A stretch of 64,000 nucleotides of DNA from Sulfurospirillum sp. Its GTDB lineage: Bacteria; Campylobacterota; Campylobacteria; Campylobacterales; Sulfurospirillaceae. The stretch is from the NCBI GenBank assembly GCA_045047115.1, contig JASFYR010000010.1:85457-149456 (forward strand), in the 5' to 3' direction. A model generated the notes under the pieces. It was not told the origin of the DNA. It searched no databases and worked only from the letters and a program-made list of their open reading frames with translations. Shown here piece by piece: positions 29,264 to 38,698 of the stretch; position 1 is the stretch's first letter; each line of letters begins with the position of its first letter. The translations under genes were made by a program, and so were the position numbers.

Positions 29264-30973
29264 ATGGATTTAAAAAAGTTAGCTGCTTCTAGTGCAGCTA
29301 TTGCGTTTGTTGCTACAACAGGGTTACTAGCAGGCACTTCAAATATGAACTTTGCAAAAGTTTATGAAAAAGAGTGTCAGGGTTGTCACGGTCCGATTCA
29401 CCAAGGTGGGGTTGGTGCAGATTTAAGACCAAAGGCTTTAAAGAAAAAAGAGTTTCATTCTCTCGTTGAAACTATATTAAGTGGTCGTCAGGGCACGGCT
29501 ATGCCATCATGGAAAGCAACATTTTCAAAAGATGATGCAGCAGGTATGGTTAATTGGTTGATGAACTGGAAAAATACAGTTACTCTAAAACTATCTCTTG
29601 CAGATGTACACAAAAGCTGGAAAAAACTGGCAAATCGTAAAATGTTGTATAAAAAATATATGAAAGCAGCTGATGTAAAAAGTGCAAAAGATATTATGTT
29701 TGCAACAGAAAGAGATGCATCTTTGGTTGATTTTATCGACTCAACAACAGGAAAAGTGCTATCTCGCCATAAAGCAGGATTTGCTGTGCATGTAACGGTA
29801 ACAAACAAAAGAATGCCAAGATATGCATATTCAATCAGTAGATCCGGAAGACTTACAATGTTCGATCTCAATGCTCCTGGTCAACCAGCCCTTGCAAGCG
29901 TTCAAGTAGGGCAAGAGTCTCGTGGTCTTGCAGTTTCACCAGATGGCAAATATGTCATGGCAGGAAACTACAATCCGGGCGGTGCTGTTTTATGTGATGC
30001 GAAAACATTAGAGCCATTAAAAGTCTATCCGACAGCGAGCGTAATCGATCCGGATGGAAATATAGGACCAAGCAGAGTTGCTTACATAGCAGACACACCT
30101 TACAGACCTTATTTTACATTTGCCTTAAAAGATGGTGGACATGTATATGTTGTTGATTATTCAAAACCAAACTTTCCGATTATAGCTGATATTGCCAATA
30201 TAGGAAAGATTCTGCATGATGCTTTTGAAAATGAAGGAAAAGACGAAGGTAGATTTGTCTATGTTGCTTCCCAGGGAAGTGACTTAATGGGTGTCATTGA
30301 CCTTAAAACTTTAAAATTAGCTGCAAAAATATATACCGGACCGGGCTCTAAACCACATCCTGGACAAGGAAGCTCTTGGTACAACAAAAGATATGGTCAG
30401 TTAAATGCAACAAACAGTATAAATGTTGGTGATGTTGTTATTTGGGATATGAACAATGAAGTAGTTGCAAATGTCCTAACAGCAGGTGGAGGACTATTTG
30501 TCGGAACAAGTAAAGATACTCCTTATATCTGGTCTGATTGTGTCCTTGGCGGTGCAGCAAACTACAATAAAGTTTACTTAATCAACAAACAAACACTCGA
30601 AACTGACAGAATCATCGAAGTTGGCAAGAAAAAAGGACATCTTATCGATGCTCATACTGGAAAAATTCTACAAACTTGGAACGCAACACAGTATAAAACT
30701 GTTAAGCACCAAGAAGTTGCCTCTAAGATTTCCAATGAGATGCTAGTTCCTTACACTGCAAAACATGGTGCAAAAGTTGCTAAGCCTGTTCAACCTAGGC
30801 TTCTTCATGCTGAACCTGCAAACCACGGCAAATGGGTTACAATCAGCGAATGGACAACAGGAAGAATTGGAATATACACTAACAAAGGTAAGTTTGTAAA
30901 ATATATTTACAATCTAACTACGCCTACATTTACTTACTCTGTTGAACACAGACAAGAGATTCCAGGCGCTTAA
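29264..30973 (+). CDS. nirS: Cytochrome cd1 nitrite reductase
   Basis: CQGCH plus AMP c-domain; GFAVH, LHDA, PHPG d1-domain His motifs; AAGGAGG SD before ATG 29264. Confidence 0.93.
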   Translation: MDLKKLAASSAAIAFVATTGLLAGTSNMNFAKVYEKECQGCHGPIHQGGVGADLRPKALKKKEFHSLVETILSGRQGTAMPSWKATFSKDDAAGMVNWLMNWKNTVTLKLSLADVHKSWKKLANRKMLYKKYMKAADVKSAKDIMFATERDASLVDFIDSTTGKVLSRHKAGFAVHVTVTNKRMPRYAYSISRSGRLTMFDLNAPGQPALASVQVGQESRGLAVSPDGKYVMAGNYNPGGAVLCDAKTLEPLKVYPTASVIDPDGNIGPSRVAYIADTPYRPYFTFALKDGGHVYVVDYSKPNFPIIADIANIGKILHDAFENEGKDEGRFVYVASQGSDLMGVIDLKTLKLAAKIYTGPGSKPHPGQGSSWYNKRYGQLNATNSINVGDVVIWDMNNEVVANVLTAGGGLFVGTSKDTPYIWSDCVLGGAANYNKVYLINKQTLETDRIIEVGKKKGHLIDAHTGKILQTWNATQYKTVKHQEVASKISNEMLVPYTAKHGAKVAKPVQPRLLHAEPANHGKWVTISEWTTGRIGIYTNKGKFVKYIYNLTTPTFTYSVEHRQEIPGA

Positions 30974-30980
30974 TTTAATT

Positions 30981-31006
30981 TATCCCCTCTATACCCAGAG
31001 GGGATA
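30981..31006 (+). terminator. Hairpin after nirS
   Basis: TATCCCCTCT-N6-AGAGGGGATA. Confidence 0.65.
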
Positions 31007-31027
31007 CTTCACCGACAAGGTCAAAAA

Positions 31028-32152
31028 ATGATAAAACTTTTTTTCTTTGCTCTGTTTAGTACACTTTTGTCTGCAAATTATCTCACAAATAAATCTTGTA
31101 GTGAATGTCATGAGGGAATTTATGAAGAGTTCCAAAGTTCACAACACTCTAAGAGTTATTTCAACGATGAATTGCATAGAAAAGTGGCTCAAAAAGCTGC
31201 TGCTGAGGATAATTACGACTGCTCCACCTGCCATATGCCCTCGGCTCAAAATCAACAAGAACTAGCTAACGGTATTACAAAACCAAATTCTTCAAATCAA
31301 AGAGAAAAAGATGCCATCAGTTGTTTTTATTGTCACCAGATAGCTTATGTTAAAAAAGCTCATCTAAAAAACAAAATAATACTCACAAGACAGATAGATG
31401 GCTATAAATCTACCATATACGGTTCGCTAAAAGACCCTCAAGATAGCGACAAGCACACTATGACACATAGTCCCATATATGATAAATATGTCTGTTCAGG
31501 CTGTCATTCACACAAAAGAAACTCACATGGAGTATTAATTTTCGATGCCATGGGTGCCAAACTAGATAGTGTCGGATGCATAAAATGCCACATGCCTCTC
31601 ATAAAAGGCAAAGTCGAAAAAATGGATAAAAAATCCCGCACAAAACACCATGACCACAGCTTTGTCGGTATCCACGATATGAGCATGAGACAAAAAGGGA
31701 TCGAGTTAAATATCGCAGTAAAGGGTAAAAAAGTTGAAGTTGATATCAAAAACAAGATGCCTCATCCCCTCATCATTCAAGCCGCCAGGCTAAAATACCT
31801 CAAACTAAATATAAAAAGGGGTGGAAATATAATCTGGAGAAATTATAAAAAATCTCCGACGGAAGACAGGCAAGGGACATTTAAGATCGATTTTTTAGGA
31901 GCTGATGGAAAGCCTGTTGCTATACCGGCTTTTGCATACAAAAGGGGATTTGCAAACAATATAGAAGCAAACAAGACTAAAAAGCTGAACTATAGCGTAC
32001 CTAGTTTAAAAAAAGGTGATATAATCATAGCTTCAATGTATGTTATATTGGCAAAACCTGGTTGCTGGAAAACTCTAAATTTACAAGACTCAGACTTTAA
32101 AAAACCTATGCTCTTAAAAAGCAAAACATATATTATAAAGGCGAAAAAATGA
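31028..32152 (+). CDS. Pentaheme periplasmic cytochrome c (c554/c552-like)
   Basis: Five CxxCH: CSECH, CSTCH, CFYCH, CSGCH, CIKCH. Confidence 0.9.
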   Translation: MIKLFFFALFSTLLSANYLTNKSCSECHEGIYEEFQSSQHSKSYFNDELHRKVAQKAAAEDNYDCSTCHMPSAQNQQELANGITKPNSSNQREKDAISCFYCHQIAYVKKAHLKNKIILTRQIDGYKSTIYGSLKDPQDSDKHTMTHSPIYDKYVCSGCHSHKRNSHGVLIFDAMGAKLDSVGCIKCHMPLIKGKVEKMDKKSRTKHHDHSFVGIHDMSMRQKGIELNIAVKGKKVEVDIKNKMPHPLIIQAARLKYLKLNIKRGGNIIWRNYKKSPTEDRQGTFKIDFLGADGKPVAIPAFAYKRGFANNIEANKTKKLNYSVPSLKKGDIIIASMYVILAKPGCWKTLNLQDSDFKKPMLLKSKTYIIKAKK

Positions 32153-32472
32153 AAAAAAAGATACTTTTGTGTTTGTTGGTCTTACCACTGCTCCACTCTA
32201 GTCTCTATGCTCAAAAACAAAATGGAGAAAAACTCTTCAAGGAGTACTGCTGGGGTTGTCATCACCAAACTGCCCAAGCGTTCGGACCTTCATTTAAAAG
32301 CATTGCAAATAGACGAAACAGAGGTGAAATCATAGCTCAGATTGCTGATCCTGGCGGCACTTACAAGTCTTTAGGATATAAGATAAATTCTATGCCCTCT
32401 TTTAATGATTTGAATTCAAACGAACTTGAGGCATTGGCTGATTACATATATAAATTTAAGGATAAAAAATGA
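32149..32472 (+). CDS. Small monoheme cytochrome c (NirC/NirM-like)
   Basis: CWGCH, MP axial Met, upstream of nirF. Confidence 0.85.
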   Translation: MKKKILLCLLVLPLLHSSLYAQKQNGEKLFKEYCWGCHHQTAQAFGPSFKSIANRRNRGEIIAQIADPGGTYKSLGYKINSMPSFNDLNSNELEALADYIYKFKDKK

Positions 32473-33578
32473 AAAAGATACTTTTATGGGTAATAGCAAC
32501 TATACTGCTTGCGGTTACGCTTCAGGCAAATGAGAAGATATTTATAGTAGAGAGAGAAAATTCAGCACTAGCGGTGATAGATCATAACCTAAAAGTCAAT
32601 GATATTAAAAATATGCACAACTTCAACCACGCTGTTGTCAAGTTTCGAGACAGTGACGGATATGTCATAACAAGAGACGGATATGTCATAAAATTTGACC
32701 CTATAAAAGAGAAGAAACTAAAAGAGTATCGCACAAGCAAAAGCGCTATAGGTTTTATCATAGGGAAAAACTTTTTAGCGGTTGCAAACTATGACAATAA
32801 AACGGTAGAGATTCTTGATCGTAACCTAAACCCGGTGCAAAGCATAAAAACCGGCAGTAGAAATGTAGGCATCAAGCTTTATAAAAATTATCTCGTATTT
32901 GCCTGCATGGACAAAGATCAACTATGGGTTATGAAAAATACAAATATTGGCAAAAAAACTCCACATTTTGTACTCTACAAAAAGATAAAAAACATTGGAA
33001 AAGTACCATTTGATGCTATGATAAATAAAAATCTTTATGTTGTAGGACTTTTTAATTCTCCGGATATCGGGGTCTTAAACCTTGACACAATGAAGTACAA
33101 AAAAATTCCTCTTGCGCTTGGTAAAAAAGAGAGGATTCTAAAAGTACCTCATTTTGGTTTTTGGAGCATATCAAAAGGTAGATTTTTCATTCCTGCTGTT
33201 GGAAATAAAAAAGTATTTGTGTTTGATCACAAATTTCACTTTATAAAAGCTATCAAAACCAAGGGAAATCCTGTATTTACTGCACTAAGCCCAGATAAAA
33301 AATGGCTGGCAGTTACATTTAGCGGTAGAGATTTTCCATTTGTTCAAATCATAAATACAAAAACACTTAAGATTGCAAGAACTTTCAAATTTCCAGGTTG
33401 GATACTTCATCTTAGGTGGTCAAACCAGTCAAAAAATCTCTACTTTAGTGTAAATACAAAAAATATGGTTTTAGCGTATAATGTTTCTGACAAAGATCCT
33501 AAAAAGTGGTGGAAACACTTTGAATGGCCAGTATCTAAACCTTCAGGCATATTTTTATTTGATTACAAAGTTAAGTAA
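32469..33578 (+). CDS. nirF: Heme d1 biosynthesis protein NirF
   Basis: IVERE, TRDG, KVPHFGFW, LHL, KPSGIF; beta-propeller without c-heme. Confidence 0.88.
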   Translation: MKKILLWVIATILLAVTLQANEKIFIVERENSALAVIDHNLKVNDIKNMHNFNHAVVKFRDSDGYVITRDGYVIKFDPIKEKKLKEYRTSKSAIGFIIGKNFLAVANYDNKTVEILDRNLNPVQSIKTGSRNVGIKLYKNYLVFACMDKDQLWVMKNTNIGKKTPHFVLYKKIKNIGKVPFDAMINKNLYVVGLFNSPDIGVLNLDTMKYKKIPLALGKKERILKVPHFGFWSISKGRFFIPAVGNKKVFVFDHKFHFIKAIKTKGNPVFTALSPDKKWLAVTFSGRDFPFVQIINTKTLKIARTFKFPGWILHLRWSNQSKNLYFSVNTKNMVLAYNVSDKDPKKWWKHFEWPVSKPSGIFLFDYKVK

Positions 33579-34702
33579 TGTTTAGACTCTCTAATCTTAT
33601 AAAATCTGTCACAAATGGACAAAAAGAACGATCTTTAGATGGCTCTATCATTATCTGGAATTTTACAAATCGCTGTAACCTTGCCTGTCATCACTGTTAT
33701 AGTTATGCCAATCCAAACTCAGAAGACTTTTTAACTACAGAGTTTATACTCGACTCAATAAAAGAGCTCAAAAAAGCAGGTATAAAATTTGTCATATTTT
33801 CAGGAGGAGAGCCCCTTATCAGAAAAGACATATTTAAAATTTCACAAGCTATGAGAGAGGCAGGAATCATCACCTACCTCTCTACTAATGGTCTATATAT
33901 AGATGAAAAAAATGTTGATAACATTATAAAGTATTTCAACTATATCGGTATCAGCATAGATGGCATAGAAAAGATCCATGATGAATTTCGTGGCTTAAAA
34001 GGTGCATATAAAAAATCACTTGCTGCAATTTCACTTATACAAAAACATGGTGGCAATGCTGGTATTCGTTTCACCATAACAAATGAGACAAAAGAGAGTT
34101 TTTATAGTATTTTTGAATTGGCCGAAGAGATAGGAGTGGATAAAATTTATATATCTCATCTTGTTTATTCGGGTAGAGGCTTAGACAATCTCAAGATAGA
34201 TATAAGCAAAGAGGAAAGAAGAGAGTTTGTAGAATTTACCATAAACAAAGCATTTGAATATATAAAAGATGAACGAAATATAGATGTAGTAACTGGCAAT
34301 ATGGAGATGGATGCAATTATATTTCTAAATATATTTAACAAAAAATATCCCCACTTAAAAGAAGAAATGAAAAAAAGACTCTCAAATTGGAGAGGAAACA
34401 GTGCTGGAGTGAAACTAGGCAATATAGACTGGCTAGGAAGAGTAAAACCTGATCCATTTTTTCCGTATTATATAGGCAATATGAGCGAAACCCCTTTTAG
34501 TAAAATTTGGCTCAACAAAAACAATGAAATGCTAAATAAATTAAGAAAGTATCCAAGAGAGATCAGCGGATACTGCAAAGATTGCGGAGTTTTGGATATC
34601 TGTAACGGAGGCTCAAGAAGCAGAGCAAAAGCAATATATGATGATTTATGGGCTCAAGACCCATCTTGCTATCTAAACAATGATGAAAAGAGAGGTAAAT
34701 AG
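33578..34702 (+). CDS. nirJ: Radical SAM heme d1 biosynthesis protein NirJ
   Basis: MFRLS N-terminus, CNLACHHC, SHLVYSGRG, CNGGSR...DPSCY. Confidence 0.92.
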   Translation: MFRLSNLIKSVTNGQKERSLDGSIIIWNFTNRCNLACHHCYSYANPNSEDFLTTEFILDSIKELKKAGIKFVIFSGGEPLIRKDIFKISQAMREAGIITYLSTNGLYIDEKNVDNIIKYFNYIGISIDGIEKIHDEFRGLKGAYKKSLAAISLIQKHGGNAGIRFTITNETKESFYSIFELAEEIGVDKIYISHLVYSGRGLDNLKIDISKEERREFVEFTINKAFEYIKDERNIDVVTGNMEMDAIIFLNIFNKKYPHLKEEMKKRLSNWRGNSAGVKLGNIDWLGRVKPDPFFPYYIGNMSETPFSKIWLNKNNEMLNKLRKYPREISGYCKDCGVLDICNGGSRSRAKAIYDDLWAQDPSCYLNNDEKRGK

Positions 34703-35430
34703 TGGTATATCTAACAGGAGCAGGACCGGGAGATATGGAGCTTTTGACCTTAAAAGCTCTTAGAGTTATAAAAGATGCTGATGTAGTAATCTACGACAGA
34801 CTTGCAAATCCCCAAATCCTCAAAGAGGCAAAAAACGGATGCAAATTTATCTATGTTGGCAAGGAAGATGGTCATCACATAATGCCTCAAGACGAAATAA
34901 ACGAAACGATATATCAAAGTTCACTAAAATACAACACTGTCGTTAGACTCAAAGGTGGCGATCCTTTTGTTTTTGGAAGAGGCGGTGAAGAGGGGATATA
35001 TCTAAGGCAAAGAGGTGCAGAATTTGAGATAATACCAGGAATCACTTCTGCCATCAGCGTTCCAGCTTATGCGGGAATTCCTGTAACTCACAGAGGAGTG
35101 GCAGTATCTTTTAGAGTTATAACAGGACATGAATCACCAAACAAAAAAACTTCCCAAATAGATTGGTGGAGTTTCAAAGGAGATGACACACTTGTCTTTT
35201 TAATGGGACTACATAATCTCTCAAAAATCTCTCAAAAGCTTATAGAGATAGGTAAGCCAAAAGATTTTCCTTGTGCCCTCATCTCAAGAGGAACTACAAA
35301 AGAGCAAAAAACAGTAGTCGGAACACTTGAGAACATAGTTGAACTATCAAAAGATTTACCAACACCTGCTTTGATAATTGTCGGAAAGGTAGTAGATCTA
35401 AGAGAAGAGTTAAGGTGGTTTCACTCCTAA
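34702..35430 (+). CDS. nirE: Uroporphyrinogen-III C-methyltransferase (NirE/CobA)
   Basis: GAGPGD, RLKGGDPFVFGRGGEE. Confidence 0.92.
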   Translation: MVYLTGAGPGDMELLTLKALRVIKDADVVIYDRLANPQILKEAKNGCKFIYVGKEDGHHIMPQDEINETIYQSSLKYNTVVRLKGGDPFVFGRGGEEGIYLRQRGAEFEIIPGITSAISVPAYAGIPVTHRGVAVSFRVITGHESPNKKTSQIDWWSFKGDDTLVFLMGLHNLSKISQKLIEIGKPKDFPCALISRGTTKEQKTVVGTLENIVELSKDLPTPALIIVGKVVDLREELRWFHS

Positions 35431-35499
35431 AATAAAAAGCTCTACATACGGAGCTTTTTATGGTATAATTTCATACTTGTTTTACTAGGATAGACCACT

Positions 35500-36705
35500 T
35501 TGGATAAATTTTCAAACCACTTAAAAAATATAATACACGGTTTTTTTCTCACTATCGGCGTAACTATCGCTGAACCATCAACCATACTGCCTCTTATGGT
35601 AAATTACTTTGGTGGAAGTTCCATGATTGTAGGACTGTTTGCAACTCTTCTAAGGGGCGGGGCTATAGTGGTTCAACTATTTGCCGCCTTTAAATCCCAG
35701 AGCTATGTCAGAATGATACCATATCTAAGACGGGTTTTTATCTTTAGATTTATCTCATGGTTTCTTATCGGAGTTGCGATAAATTTTCTTGGGAATAATC
35801 ATCCTAGCCTAACTCTTGTTTGCATAGGTATTGGTCTTTTTGGCTTTTCTTTTAGTGCTGGTTTTGGGGCTATATACTTTAAAGATATAGTAGCAAAAAT
35901 CTTTAGCCATAAATTTCGTGGCAAAACAATGGCTTATAGACAGTTTTTCAGTGGATTAGGAGGTCTCATAAGTGGTGCTATTACAGCCATAATGCTTGAA
36001 AAATTCAAAGCACCATATAGTTTTGGCTACCTCTTTATGCTTAGTTCATTTATAATGGCTTTAGGCTACATCGCATTTGCAACCATAAATGAACCTGCCA
36101 AACAAGACATACCGATTCGCGAAAACTCTTTCAAAAAGTTTTTAAAAAACTCTTTGAAAATTCTAAAAGGCGATAAAGATTTGCAAATTCAATTAAGCAC
36201 ATTTCTTTTTGCATATGGATATCTAATAGCCCTCCCTTTTATCATCTTGCAAGCAAAAGAGACAATACATCTAAATGGTGTAGCCATTGGTAGTCTTATT
36301 ACTGCCCAAATGGTAGGAGCAATGTTGAGTAATTTTTTATGGGGCAATTTAAGTGGCAGGGGACATAATAAACTTACAAGTATCATATCTATCATACTCC
36401 ATATAAGCGCAATAGTGCTTGCTGTTTTCAGCTCTAGTATATACCTGTATATGCTAGTTTTTTTTCTAATGGGCGCAGCAACTGATGGTAACAGAATAGC
36501 ATCAGGTAATCTAATCTTAATTTTAGCACCGGAAAAACTAAGACCTACTTATGTGGCTCTTCAAGTCAATATAGTCTCTTTTGGGATATTTTTCTCTGTC
36601 TTAGGCGGTGCAATCTTGCACTTTAGTAACTATGGGGTTTTATATACCGTAACTATAGCAACTCTTGCTTTGGCTCTATTTTTATCATTTAAGCTCAAAG
36701 ATTAA
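35500..36705 (+). CDS. MFS transporter
   Basis: About 12 TM helices in an MFS-like layout; own TGGTATAAT -10 at 35461. Confidence 0.8.
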   Translation: MDKFSNHLKNIIHGFFLTIGVTIAEPSTILPLMVNYFGGSSMIVGLFATLLRGGAIVVQLFAAFKSQSYVRMIPYLRRVFIFRFISWFLIGVAINFLGNNHPSLTLVCIGIGLFGFSFSAGFGAIYFKDIVAKIFSHKFRGKTMAYRQFFSGLGGLISGAITAIMLEKFKAPYSFGYLFMLSSFIMALGYIAFATINEPAKQDIPIRENSFKKFLKNSLKILKGDKDLQIQLSTFLFAYGYLIALPFIILQAKETIHLNGVAIGSLITAQMVGAMLSNFLWGNLSGRGHNKLTSIISIILHISAIVLAVFSSSIYLYMLVFFLMGAATDGNRIASGNLILILAPEKLRPTYVALQVNIVSFGIFFSVLGGAILHFSNYGVLYTVTIATLALALFLSFKLKD

Positions 36706-37252
36706 AAAACTTTTTAGCTTTTTCATCAAGTATTTTCATCCTTTTTTTGCCTTTTGGAAGTGAACTTCTTAAAGCCTTCATCTCCTTTAAAAAATCTGAT
36801 ATACCATTTGGTATCAGCCTTGAGAGATAGATTCTTAGATACTTAGCAAGTGCAGGAGATGCACCAGAAGTTGAAATAGCGATAGTTAAATCATCTTTTT
36901 TAACATAAGAGGGAAATATAAAATCACAATAATCCACTGAATCCACTGCATTACACAAGCAGTTATATTTTTTTGATTCGATATATATCTCTTTTTGCAG
37001 TGATATATCATCAACTGCTATAATAACAATCTTAAAACTTTCTATATCGCCATTTTTATAAATATTTTCTCTAAAATCAAGATCATTTTTTTTTATAAGC
37101 ATCATCATGTCTTCTGAAATTACTTTTGCTACTATTGTTATCTTTTTGGTAAAATCCAATAAATGCAACAGTTTTTCATAGGCAATATTTCCACCACCTA
37201 CTATAAGAATTTTTTCATCATCTAATTTTATAAAAGCCGGAAAATAAGCCAT
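36695..37252 (-). CDS. Precorrin-2 dehydrogenase (SirC/CysG N-terminal-like)
   Basis: YFPAF, VGGGNIA, NAVD...CDFIFP, ISTSGASP. Confidence 0.92.
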   Translation of the reverse strand: MAYFPAFIKLDDEKILIVGGGNIAYEKLLHLLDFTKKITIVAKVISEDMMMLIKKNDLDFRENIYKNGDIESFKIVIIAVDDISLQKEIYIESKKYNCLCNAVDSVDYCDFIFPSYVKKDDLTIAISTSGASPALAKYLRIYLSRLIPNGISDFLKEMKALRSSLPKGKKRMKILDEKAKKFFNL

Positions 37253-37264
37253 ATTTCATCCTCA

Positions 37265-37453
37265 TTAAAAATATTTCAAAAACAGTCCACCAATCAAAGA
37301 TATAGATATGGTGATTATGATAGTAAACAAATTATAGTAAAAACTACTTAATTTACTCTTTTTATCGAAAAATTCAACGATCCTGATAGCAGGATATATC
37401 GAAAAAAAGAGCAATACAACAGAAAAAACCAATATAAAAATAATATCTTTCAT
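37265..37453 (-). CDS. Small 2-TM hypothetical protein
   Basis: MKDIIFILVF...GGLFLKYF, co-oriented with the sirC-like gene. Confidence 0.55.
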   Translation of the reverse strand: MKDIIFILVFSVVLLFFSIYPAIRIVEFFDKKSKLSSFYYNLFTIIITISISLIGGLFLKYF

Positions 37454-37562
37454 ATGCAAACCGCCAAATTTGTAAATTTTCATATGTATATTACAACAAT
37501 ATGATTTAATTTATCATAAGCAACCTCAACATTACAGTATTGACGAAAAATATCTTTAAACA

Positions 37563-37576
37563 TTGATTTAAATCAA
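37563..37576 (+). promoter_or_regulatory. Nss/Dnr box upstream of the nor operon
   Basis: TTGAT-TTAA-ATCAA inside a 24-bp perfect palindrome; 22 nt before TATAAT (37599). Confidence 0.85.
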
Positions 37577-37657
37577 TGTTTTTATATCATTTCTATATTA
37601 TAATATAATCAAATAATAATAGATATATTTAAGTTATATTTAAAATAAGGAATACTT

Positions 37658-37984
37658 ATGATTGAACCGTTGTATGTTAGACCGGTTATTGCACTAAATG
37701 ATTTTTTACCTATATTTGTCTCTGCTGGTCTTATTTTACTGTTTGGTTCATTTTATGCTGGTGTCACTACGCTTGTAAAAATGCAAAAACTAAAAAAAAC
37801 ATATATGTTTTTGGCATATATGTTTTGGGTTTTTCAACTTTACTGCACCTACTTTTTAACCACAAAAATACATAGCCAACCATTTACTGTAAAAGCTATG
37901 ATTATAGCTATGATAGCCTACCTAATGGTACCGCATATCTATTATTATCTAATAAAAAAATCTGAAGAGAGATACGAAAACTAA
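37658..37984 (+). CDS. 3-TM membrane protein preceding norC
   Basis: AAGGA SD; three hydrophobic segments. Confidence 0.8.
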   Translation: MIEPLYVRPVIALNDFLPIFVSAGLILLFGSFYAGVTTLVKMQKLKKTYMFLAYMFWVFQLYCTYFLTTKIHSQPFTVKAMIIAMIAYLMVPHIYYYLIKKSEERYEN

Positions 37985-37996
37985 AAAGGAGGAAAG

Positions 37997-38698
37997 ATGT
38001 CTGGAAAAAAAGTATCCGTTTGGTCGGATAACCGTTTTTGGCAAAGATCTGCTACATGGGTAACAGGTTTTGCTGCACTTTTGCTAATATGGCTAACATT
38101 TGACACTATGGGACAAATATCCATGGGGAATCAAAATGATATAAATAAGCATATCACAAAAAGAGTTCCGTCACCTACTGTAATCAATTATAAGGTTGAA
38201 TACAACATGAATCAAAGAAGAGGTCATGAGGTACCGGTTATCGGTGGGGATGATGGAAAAGGAAACTCTTTGTTTAAAGTAAAAGAGATGTTCTTCGGCA
38301 GAGATGATTACTCTCAAAAAGAGGCTAACGCACTTTTGCATCTTGGTAAACTTGCTTCACAGGCCAAAAACTGTATGGATTGTCATACACTTCTTGGAAA
38401 TGGGGCATATTATGCACCTGACCTTACCAAAGCATGGCTAGATCCAGCCTGGGGAAAAAATGGACCTATGCAATCAATGACAGGCAAAAGTACAAAAGAA
38501 GAAGCAATGGCAGAGTTTTTACAACATCCAGGTAAATACCCAACACATGCAAGAATGATGCCAAATCTTGGAATAACACCAAAAGAAGCTATAGGACTTG
38601 TAGCATTTTTAAAACATATGTCAACGATAGACACAAATGGTTTTCCAAGAGGTTTTGGAAAGATTAAGGAAGGAGTAGTTTATGCAAGGTCAAAGTAA
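37997..38698 (+). CDS. norC: Nitric oxide reductase subunit C
   Basis: TM anchor, NCMDCHTLLGNGAYYAPDLT, RMMPN. Confidence 0.95.
   Translation: MSGKKVSVWSDNRFWQRSATWVTGFAALLLIWLTFDTMGQISMGNQNDINKHITKRVPSPTVINYKVEYNMNQRRGHEVPVIGGDDGKGNSLFKVKEMFFGRDDYSQKEANALLHLGKLASQAKNCMDCHTLLGNGAYYAPDLTKAWLDPAWGKNGPMQSMTGKSTKEEAMAEFLQHPGKYPTHARMMPNLGITPKEAIGLVAFLKHMSTIDTNGFPRGFGKIKEGVVYARSK

Noticed and set aside
32469..33578. Second nirS or nirN
   Set aside because: No CxxCH domain; motifs match NirF
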